DNA from: Oscillospiraceae bacterium
GTDB lineage: Bacteria > Bacillota > Clostridia > Oscillospirales > CAG-272
Length of the DNA stretch: 64,000 bases
Assembly (NCBI GenBank): GCA_015064845.1
Contig: SVRL01000007.1
Span: 1,790-65,789, forward strand
Direction: 5' to 3'
In this document: positions 53,097-60,273 of the stretch, piece after piece
Position numbering within the stretch: position 1 is the first letter of the stretch
Layout of the letters: the number at the start of each line of letters is the position of its first letter
Made by a program: the position numbers and the translations under genes
The notes under the pieces: generated by a model
Databases searched by the model: none
The model's input: only the letters and a program-made list of their open reading frames with translations
Told to the model about the DNA's origin: nothing

Positions 53097-53867
53097 ATGC
53101 GAATTGTTGTTAAAGTCGGAACCTCTACGCTTGCCTATCCGACGGGACTTTTGAATATCCGACGCGTGGAGGAGCTTTGCCGTGTGCTCAGCGATTTGAA
53201 AAATGAGGGAAATGAAGTCGTGCTGATTTCTTCCGGTGCGATCGGTATGGGTGTCGGCAAATTGGGACTTGGAAAACGCCCCTCCGATATTCCGACCAAG
53301 CAGGCTGCCGCAGCCGTCGGTCAATGTGAATTGATGTATACTTACGATAAACTTTTCGGAGAATACAATCATACCGTGGCGCAGATCCTGTTGACGGGCG
53401 AAGATGTGGAAAACGAAAAAAGAAGGACGAATTTTCATAACACCATGTACCGTCTTCTGGAGCTCGGCACATTGCCGATCATCAATGAAAACGATACGGT
53501 GGCAACCGATGAAATCGTTATCGGCGATAACGATACCTTGGCGGCAATTGTGGCTGCCGAAATTTCCGCCGATCTCCTCGTTTTACTCTCCGATATTGAC
53601 GGACTGTATACGAAAGATCCCCATAAATATGCCGATGCCACTCTGATTCCCGTCGTGGAAGAACTGACTCCCGAAATTCTTGCTTTGGCGGAAGGAAAGG
53701 GTTCAGAGCTTGGAACGGGCGGCATGAAAACAAAATTGCGCGCGGCACAGATTGCCATGAATGCAAAAATGGATATGATCATTGCCAACGGCGCAGACCC
53801 GATGATTCTTTATAAGATTTCGGACGGAGAATCGTTCGGAACGAAGTTTATCGGAAACCGTGGTTGA
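53097..53867 (+). CDS. proB: Glutamate 5-kinase (short form without a PUA domain)
   Basis: IVVKVGTSTL, VVLISSGAIGMG, INENDTVA and GTGGMKTKL. Confidence 0.94.
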   Translation: MRIVVKVGTSTLAYPTGLLNIRRVEELCRVLSDLKNEGNEVVLISSGAIGMGVGKLGLGKRPSDIPTKQAAAAVGQCELMYTYDKLFGEYNHTVAQILLTGEDVENEKRRTNFHNTMYRLLELGTLPIINENDTVATDEIVIGDNDTLAAIVAAEISADLLVLLSDIDGLYTKDPHKYADATLIPVVEELTPEILALAEGKGSELGTGGMKTKLRAAQIAMNAKMDMIIANGADPMILYKISDGESFGTKFIGNRG

Positions 53868-53934
53868 AGAGAATTTTTACAGTTAAATACAAAGCGGGGC
53901 GGAACGTCCCGAATATCGAAAGGATTTCGTCTTT

Positions 53935-55191
53935 ATGACAACTGCTGAAATATTAAAAGGCGCGAAGGAGGCGAAAGCATTGCTTTCGTCTCTTTCGGCA
54001 TCTGAAAAAAATAAAGCGCTTCTTGCGATGGCGGAAGCGTTGATGAATGAAAAAGAAGCCATCCTTTGCGCAAACGCGCGCGACGTGGAAGCGGCAAAAG
54101 GTATGGTTTCCGATGTGATGATTGACCGTCTGCGCTTGACGGAGGAACGTTTGGCGGGTATGGCAAAGGGAATTCGGTATGTTACCGAACTTGCTGACCC
54201 CGTTGGAAGAATTCTTGACAGAAAGGTTCGCCCGAACGGTCTTATCATCGAAAAAGTTTCCGTTCCGCTCGGCGTGGTGGCAATCATTTATGAAAGCCGT
54301 CCGAACGTAACCTCCGATGCGGCGGCGCTTTGTCTGAAAAGTGGAAACGTTTGCGTGTTGAGAAGCGGTAAAGAGGCGTATGCTTCCGCGCACGCCATCG
54401 TGGAAGCGCTGAGACACGGTCTTGCTTCCGTGGGACTTCCCGAAAATCTGATCAACATTCTGGACGATACCTCCAGAGAAGGCGCAAACGCGCTGATGAA
54501 GGCAAGGGGCTTTGTGGATATGCTGATTCCGAGAGGCGGCGCGGGACTGATTCGCGCTTGCGTGGAAAACGCGACGGTTCCTTGTATTGAAACGGGAACG
54601 GGAATTTGCCACATCTACGTGGATAAGAGCGCGGATCTGCAAAAAGCGCTGGATATTCTCGTAAATGCCAAAACGAGCCGCCCTTCCGTATGCAATGCGG
54701 CAGAGGTTTGCTTGGTACATTCGGAAATTGCCGAAACGTTTTTGCCTCTTTTGAAAAAGGCGCTTTGCGATGACCGCATCGCAAACGGAAAAGAACCCGT
54801 TGAACTTCGTTTGGATGCGCGCGCATTGGAAATGATAAACGGTACACCCGCAGGTCCGAGAGATTTTGATACGGAATTTTTGGATTATATTCTTGCCGTT
54901 GCCGTCGTGGACGACGTGAAAGAAGCGGTAAATCATATTCTTTGTCATTCCACGGGACACAGTGAAGCCATCATTGCAGAGGATACCGAAGCACAGAACG
55001 TTTTTGTTTCGACGGTGGAAAGCGCGGCGGTCTACGTCAATGCTTCCACACGTTTTACGGATGGCGGAGAGTTTGGTCTGGGTTGTGAAATGGGTATTTC
55101 CACGCAGAAGCTTCATGCAAGAGGTCCGATGGGACTGGAAGAAATGACCTCGTATCAATACCGTATTACGGGTAACGGTCAAATTCGTTGA
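53935..55191 (+). CDS. proA: Glutamate-5-semialdehyde dehydrogenase
   Basis: 418 aa. IYESRPNVT, catalytic Cys context (SVCNAAE) and HSTGHSEAI. Confidence 0.95.
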   Translation: MTTAEILKGAKEAKALLSSLSASEKNKALLAMAEALMNEKEAILCANARDVEAAKGMVSDVMIDRLRLTEERLAGMAKGIRYVTELADPVGRILDRKVRPNGLIIEKVSVPLGVVAIIYESRPNVTSDAAALCLKSGNVCVLRSGKEAYASAHAIVEALRHGLASVGLPENLINILDDTSREGANALMKARGFVDMLIPRGGAGLIRACVENATVPCIETGTGICHIYVDKSADLQKALDILVNAKTSRPSVCNAAEVCLVHSEIAETFLPLLKKALCDDRIANGKEPVELRLDARALEMINGTPAGPRDFDTEFLDYILAVAVVDDVKEAVNHILCHSTGHSEAIIAEDTEAQNVFVSTVESAAVYVNASTRFTDGGEFGLGCEMGISTQKLHARGPMGLEEMTSYQYRITGNGQIR

Positions 55192-55214
55192 AATTGAATA
55201 TTGGAGAAAAGAAA

Positions 55215-56027
55215 ATGGCATTATTTGGATTTATAGGCGTTGGCAATATGGGAGGCGCGCTTGCGCGCGCAGTCTGCCAATGTGTCGGTGCGGAAAATAT
55301 TACGGTCTCCGATTATTCCGCGGAAAAAGCGGAAGCGTTTGCCAAAGAACTCGGCTGTCGGTCGGCAGATAACAATACCGTTGCCGAAACGGCAAAATGG
55401 ATTTTTCTCGGTGTCAAACCTCAGGTGCTTCCCGCTGTGATGGAGTCTTTGCGCCCTGTTTTGAACAAAAGAAAAAAAGGCGATTTTATTCTGGTTACCA
55501 TGGCGGCAGGCATTTCGATTGCCGCGTTGGAGGAAATGCTGGGTGCTTCCGCTTCCGTGGTTCGTATCATGCCCAATACCCCCGTTTCGGTCGGAAAGGG
55601 AATGATTCTTTATACGGCGAACGCCGATGTTTCCGAAGAAAATCTTTCGGAATTCGTGAAGGCTCTTTCCTTTGCGGGTAAAACGGATTACATCAAAGAA
55701 GAGGACATCGATGCCGCAAGCGTGATTTCGGGTTGCGGTCCCGCATTTATGTATATGTTCCTGGAAGCTATGCAGGAAACGGGAGTCCGTCTCGGCTTGG
55801 ATGCTGAAAAAGCAAGACTTTATGCAGAGCAGACCATGCTCGGTGCGGCTTCTCTTGCGATGGTTTCGGAAGAATCACTGGAAACACTCCGTGTTCGCGT
55901 TTGCAGTCCCGGCGGTTCCACGATTGAGGGCGTGAAAGTATTTCAGAACCGTGAACTTTATGAAACGGTTTCGGAAGCGCTCGGCGCATCGTACAAAAGG
56001 ACGAAAGAGCTGGGAGCGAAAAAATGA
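55215..56027 (+). CDS. proC: Pyrroline-5-carboxylate reductase
   Basis: FGFIGVGNMGGAL and SPGGSTIEG. Start placed at the ATG at 55215 after GGAGA. Confidence 0.93.
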   Translation: MALFGFIGVGNMGGALARAVCQCVGAENITVSDYSAEKAEAFAKELGCRSADNNTVAETAKWIFLGVKPQVLPAVMESLRPVLNKRKKGDFILVTMAAGISIAALEEMLGASASVVRIMPNTPVSVGKGMILYTANADVSEENLSEFVKALSFAGKTDYIKEEDIDAASVISGCGPAFMYMFLEAMQETGVRLGLDAEKARLYAEQTMLGAASLAMVSEESLETLRVRVCSPGGSTIEGVKVFQNRELYETVSEALGASYKRTKELGAKK

Positions 56028-56527
56028 CGGAATATACGGTCAGACGGTTTCAAAACGGTGATGCGGTTGAAATTTCGGAGCTGATCATTCGTACATTGAG
56101 AACCTCCAATATCAAGGATTATTCAGCGGAATATATTGAGAACGATGTGAAGATGTTTACACCTGAGAGTGTGGTGCAAAGAGCTTCATGGACACATTTT
56201 TACGTGGTTCTTCACAGTAAAAAAATCGTTGGGTGCGGTGCGATCGGTCCGTATTGGGGAAAAGAAGACGAAAGCAGTTTGTTCAATATTTTCGTTTTAC
56301 CCGAATATCAGGGCAAGGGTGTTGGAAAAAGAATCATGGAAACCTTGGAACAGGACGAATTCTTTTTGAAAGCCAAACGAATCGAAATTCCGTCTTCCAT
56401 CACGGCGTGTGAATTTTATAAAAAATTCGGTTATACGTATAAAAACGGTGTTACCGTTCCCGATGAGGAAGGACTCTTCCGATTGGAAAAACGGAGAGGC
56501 GGGTTGTATGATGAGCCGAAAAAATAA
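56024..56527 (+). CDS. GNAT-family N-acetyltransferase
   Basis: Acetyl-CoA loop (QGKGVGKRIM). ATGA overlap with proC. Confidence 0.85.
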   Translation: MTEYTVRRFQNGDAVEISELIIRTLRTSNIKDYSAEYIENDVKMFTPESVVQRASWTHFYVVLHSKKIVGCGAIGPYWGKEDESSLFNIFVLPEYQGKGVGKRIMETLEQDEFFLKAKRIEIPSSITACEFYKKFGYTYKNGVTVPDEEGLFRLEKRRGGLYDEPKK

Positions 56528-57074
56528 ATATATTTCTTTTATTGATAAAAGGATAACGTTAGCGACGTCTTTGGTATGCTTTGTTATCTCGGTGTTGATG
56601 ATATGTTTTTCTGTTACCAATTGGAGCGATCTTTGGAAAGAGGATCCGCTGATGGCGGTGCTTGTTCCGATTGCGGGCGTAATTGTTTTTGTGGCATCTA
56701 TTCTTATGCCGTTGAGCGGAATGATGATTACGAAAAAAGGAAATATTGTCTTTTTACCTGATTTCAGATTGAAAAAATTTAAAATGAATGAATTGAAAAG
56801 AGTTGCATTGAATTTTAATGAATGTAAAAATAAAAAATATGCCGTTACGGTTAAAATGATACCAAAAAATGGAAATGTTTTTAAGGTGAATTATTCGGTG
56901 AATTTCAGAAACCGTATCAAAGGCGAAAAGCTTGCTATGGCAATGTATACGATCAGCAAGAAAAATGTTGACAGCATTGTCGCAAAAACGGCAGATTTGG
57001 ATATTTTTTCTATTACAATCATAGATCAAAATCAGGAAATTGTGTATCAGTCTTTGCCAACAGATTTGTATTGA
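56508..57074 (+). CDS. Hypothetical membrane protein (2 TM helices plus a soluble C-domain), AT-rich
   Basis: ATG at 56508, 9 nt after GGAGAGG. It overlaps the GNAT 3' end by 20 nt. TM segments LATSLVCFVISVLMICF and AVLVPIAGVIVFVASILMPL. Confidence 0.6.
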   Translation: MMSRKNKYISFIDKRITLATSLVCFVISVLMICFSVTNWSDLWKEDPLMAVLVPIAGVIVFVASILMPLSGMMITKKGNIVFLPDFRLKKFKMNELKRVALNFNECKNKKYAVTVKMIPKNGNVFKVNYSVNFRNRIKGEKLAMAMYTISKKNVDSIVAKTADLDIFSITIIDQNQEIVYQSLPTDLY

Positions 57075-57089
57075 ATGATATTGTATAAC

Positions 57090-57129
57090 AAAAATCCCGA
57101 CGGATTCAAGTCCGTCGGGATAATTTTTT
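57090..57129. terminator. Bidirectional terminator between convergent operons
   Basis: TCCCGACGGA-TTCAAG-TCCGTCGGGA, flanked by an A-run and a T-run. Confidence 0.85.
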
Positions 57130-57322
57130 AGGGTGTGTTTTTTGTTTTCTGTTCGTTTTGCGAATGACACATATCTTTCATTGCGCAAGTGGAACAGCCG
57201 CAGCCGCAAGAGGATTTTCCCTGTTTTTTATTGCGGCGCATTCTGAAAATGATGAGCGCGCACACGGCAATCAGAACGAGGGAAATCAGGATGGTTGCGA
57301 GGTTTTGAGAAAGCCAAAGCAT
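57128..57322 (-). CDS. FeoB-associated Cys-rich membrane protein
   Basis: 64 aa. One TM helix followed by SSCGCGCSTC. Lies immediately downstream of feoB. Confidence 0.8.
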   Translation of the reverse strand: MLWLSQNLATILISLVLIAVCALIIFRMRRNKKQGKSSCGCGCSTCAMKDMCHSQNEQKTKNTP

Positions 57323-57348
57323 GGGAATACCTCCTTTTCAAATGTAAA

Positions 57349-59457
57349 TTAAATCTTTCCGGTCAGTTTCGTTGCTTCTTTGTAAGGTCTGAAAATGAGG
57401 AAAAGCGCAAGCGCGATGAAAATGAGAGAAACAACAAGACCGATGATATTCAGATTGCCCGTGAACGCGGAGCCGATCTGATAAATGCAAAGAGAAACGA
57501 TGTAAGCGAAGGCTGTCTGATAGCCGATGGCAAACCAAGTCCATTTTGCGCTGTTCATTTCACGTCTGATGGCACCGATTGCGGCAAAGCAAGGTGCGCA
57601 AAGCAGATTGAATACGAGGAAGGAATATCCTGCAAGAGCGGTAAGCTCACCCGTACTGTCAATACCGAACAGAACGCTGAAGGTTGCAACGACGTTTTCT
57701 TTTGCAATCAATCCGGTTACCACGGCAACGGCGTATTGCCAACCTCCAAAGCCAAGGGGCGCAAACATCCAGGAAATGGCGCTTCCGATGATGGCAAGAA
57801 TGGAGTGATCCAGTTCTTCTTCGCCAACCATGACGAATTTGCCGTCCACCACGCCGAATCCTTGCAAGAACCAGAGGATGACGGAGGAAAGAAGAATAAC
57901 CGTACCCGCTTTTTTGATGAAGGACCAACCGCGTTCCCACATGGAGGAAAGTACGCTCTTGGGCGTGGGCATATGGTAAGCGGGAAGCTCCATGACGAAA
58001 GGAGCGGGATCGCCTGTGAACATTTTTGTTTTCTTGAGAATGATACCCGAAAGAATGATGGCGGCAATACCGATGAAATACGCGCTGGCGGCAACCCACC
58101 ACGCGTTGTCAAAGAGTGCGCCTGCAATCAGACCGACGATGGGAAGCTTTGCGCCGCAGGGAATAAACGTGGTTGTGATGATGGTCATACGGCGGTCGTG
58201 TTCATTTTCGATGGTACGGGAAGCCATAATGCCGGGAACACCGCAGCCCGTTCCGACAAGAATCGGAATGAAGGATTTACCGGAAAGACCGAATTTGCGG
58301 AAAACCTTATCCATGAGAAATGCGATACGGGACATATATCCGCACGCTTCCAGAAAAGCAAGGAAGAGGAAGAGCACGAGCATTTGAGGTACGAAGCCGA
58401 GAACCGCACCGACACCGCTGATGATGCCGTCGATAATCAGGCTTTGGAGCCAGGGCGCGCAATTGACGGAAGTGAGGAAGTTTTCAACGGCGGGAGGAAT
58501 GATCTCACCGAAAAGTACGTCGTTTGTCCAGTCGGTTACCCATGTGCCGACGGTGGTAACGGAGATGTAATAAATACCAAACATGATGGCGGCGAAAATG
58601 GGGAGCGCAAGCCAACGGTTTGTCAGAACTTTATCAATCTTATCAGAGGTGGTCAGACCGCCTTTGTTTTTCTTTTTATAGCAGCGGCCGATGATAGACG
58701 TGATATAATTGTAACGGTCGTTGATGATAATACTGTCTGCTTCATCGTCAAGCTCTTTTTCGGCGGCAACGATATCTTCTTCGATGTGCGTACGCAAATC
58801 TTCGGGAAGCTTCATCAATTCAAGCACTTTTTCATCACGTTCGAAAATTTTGATGGCATACCAGCGTTGCTGTTCTGCCGGAAGCTCGTGAACAACTGCT
58901 TCTTCAATGTGCGCGATAGCGTGTTCGGCAGCACCCGAAAAAATGTGGCGGGGAATGTTATATTTTTTGTTTTTTGCAGCTTCGATTGCTTTTTCTGCGG
59001 CTTCTGTGATTCCTGTACCTTTTAATGCGGAGATTTCGACAACCTCACAGCCGAGAATTTTGGAGAGTGCTTCAATATGAATCATATCGCCGTTTTTTCT
59101 GACGATATCCATCATATTGATGGCGATGACAACGGGAATGCCGAGTTCGATCAGCTGCGTTGTGAGGTAAAGGTTTCTTTCAAGGTTTGTACCGTCAACG
59201 AGGTTGATGATGGCATCGGGACGTTCTCCGACGAGATAATTTCTGGCAACCACCTCTTCTAAACTGTAAGGAGAAAGAGAATAGATGCCGGGGAGATCCG
59301 TGATGATCACGCCGTCTTGCTTTTTGAGCTTGCCTTCTTTTTTTTCAACGGTTACGCCGGGCCAGTTTCCGACGAATTGGTTGGAGCCTGTCAAGGCGTT
59401 GAACAATGTTGTTTTACCGGAGTTGGGGTTGCCTGCGAGGGCGATTCGCAAATCCAT
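57349..59457 (-). CDS. feoB: Ferrous iron transporter FeoB
   Basis: N-terminal G-domain (ALAGNPNSGKTTLFNALTG, DLPGIYS) and a polytopic C-terminal permease domain. Confidence 0.96.
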   Translation of the reverse strand: MDLRIALAGNPNSGKTTLFNALTGSNQFVGNWPGVTVEKKEGKLKKQDGVIITDLPGIYSLSPYSLEEVVARNYLVGERPDAIINLVDGTNLERNLYLTTQLIELGIPVVIAINMMDIVRKNGDMIHIEALSKILGCEVVEISALKGTGITEAAEKAIEAAKNKKYNIPRHIFSGAAEHAIAHIEEAVVHELPAEQQRWYAIKIFERDEKVLELMKLPEDLRTHIEEDIVAAEKELDDEADSIIINDRYNYITSIIGRCYKKKNKGGLTTSDKIDKVLTNRWLALPIFAAIMFGIYYISVTTVGTWVTDWTNDVLFGEIIPPAVENFLTSVNCAPWLQSLIIDGIISGVGAVLGFVPQMLVLFLFLAFLEACGYMSRIAFLMDKVFRKFGLSGKSFIPILVGTGCGVPGIMASRTIENEHDRRMTIITTTFIPCGAKLPIVGLIAGALFDNAWWVAASAYFIGIAAIILSGIILKKTKMFTGDPAPFVMELPAYHMPTPKSVLSSMWERGWSFIKKAGTVILLSSVILWFLQGFGVVDGKFVMVGEEELDHSILAIIGSAISWMFAPLGFGGWQYAVAVVTGLIAKENVVATFSVLFGIDSTGELTALAGYSFLVFNLLCAPCFAAIGAIRREMNSAKWTWFAIGYQTAFAYIVSLCIYQIGSAFTGNLNIIGLVVSLIFIALALFLIFRPYKEATKLTGKI

Positions 59458-59555
59458 GTTGAAAATCCTTTCTGAAAGTGATAGATTTTGGTAAGTTTAG
59501 ACTAACTTACATGTAAAAATTAATTTCTGCTATTATATCGGAGTTTTCCGGTCCG

Positions 59556-59777
59556 TTATTCCACTTCGATCATTTCCGCATCTTCTTTGCGGAGCGAAAG
59601 CTCGTATCCGCGGACGGTAATTTCCAGAGGGTCTCCCAGAGGGGCAACCTTGCGCACGGAAATTTCAACGCCTTTTGTGATACCCATATCCATGATTCTT
59701 CTTTTGAGAGCGCCTTCTCCATGAACCTTGACTACCTTAGCGGATTTTCCGATTTTGACCTGCTTCAAAGTTTTCAT
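59556..59777 (-). CDS. feoA: FeoA family protein
   Basis: 73-aa SH3-like protein (GITKGVEISVRKVAPLGDPLEI). Lies upstream of feoB. Confidence 0.92.
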   Translation of the reverse strand: MKTLKQVKIGKSAKVVKVHGEGALKRRIMDMGITKGVEISVRKVAPLGDPLEITVRGYELSLRKEDAEMIEVE

Positions 59778-59824
59778 ATGGTGTGCATGTTCCTTTCTAT
59801 CAGAATAAATGGCATAATTCGGGA

Positions 59825-59876
59825 GTTAGCCTTGGCTAACCATGATTATTCTACATAAAAATTAGGGATTTGTCAA
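59825..59876 (-). promoter_or_regulatory. feoA promoter with an overlapping palindromic operator candidate
   Basis: On the minus strand, TTGACA (59871-59876), a 17-nt spacer and TAGAAT (59848-59853). The perfect inverted repeat GTTAGCC-NN-GGCTAAC (59825-59840) sits just downstream of the -10 element. Confidence 0.6.
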
Positions 59877-60213
59877 TAGTTTTTTTGAATTTTTTGAAAT
59901 TTTTTCAAGTGTTGGGTTGCCGACGGCATTTTTCTGATTTGTGGTTTTATCTGTGAAGATGGAGGAAAAACTTCATTCATATGAATAAAAAGCGGCTTCC
60001 GAGGGTTCGTTCGGCGCCCGTAGCTTGTGTTTTTCTCGGATTTCCTTTGGTTGAAAGAGATGGAAATATTTAGAAAGTAAAAAAATAATATGACAAAATG
60101 CACAAAAAGGACGATGTGGTTGGTTTTATTTTGTTTTTATTGGAAACAAAAACTGTGCAAAACATAAAAATCTTTGCTTTTGTTTGTTTTTTTTGTTTTT
60201 TGGCGATTTCTTG

Positions 60214-60242
60214 TTGACATTTATGCGAAAATGATGTAAAAT
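60214..60242 (+). promoter_or_regulatory. Sigma-A-type promoter for the glycyl-radical enzyme locus
   Basis: TTGACA (60214-60219), a 17-nt spacer and TAAAAT (60237-60242). Confidence 0.65.
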
Positions 60243-60273
60243 AAAAGGAGATTAGTATCCGGAGGTGTATTGT

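Noticed and set aside
57295-59025. 576-aa ORF on the plus strand.
   Set aside because: It is antisense to feoB, whose G-domain and permease motifs are unambiguous. Gly/Asp/Arg-rich low-complexity shadow frame.
59981-60073. 30-codon ORF (MNKKRLPRVRSAPVAC...) downstream of a GGAGG.
   Set aside because: The GGAGG is about 15 nt from the ATG, which is too far. There is no conservation evidence, and the ATG lies within the ATTCATATGAAT palindrome. Most likely non-coding.
59873-60103. 76-aa minus-strand ORF in the feo/GRE spacer.
   Set aside because: Lys/Phe/Ile-rich translation of T-rich spacer DNA. It overlaps the feoA promoter and has no RBS.
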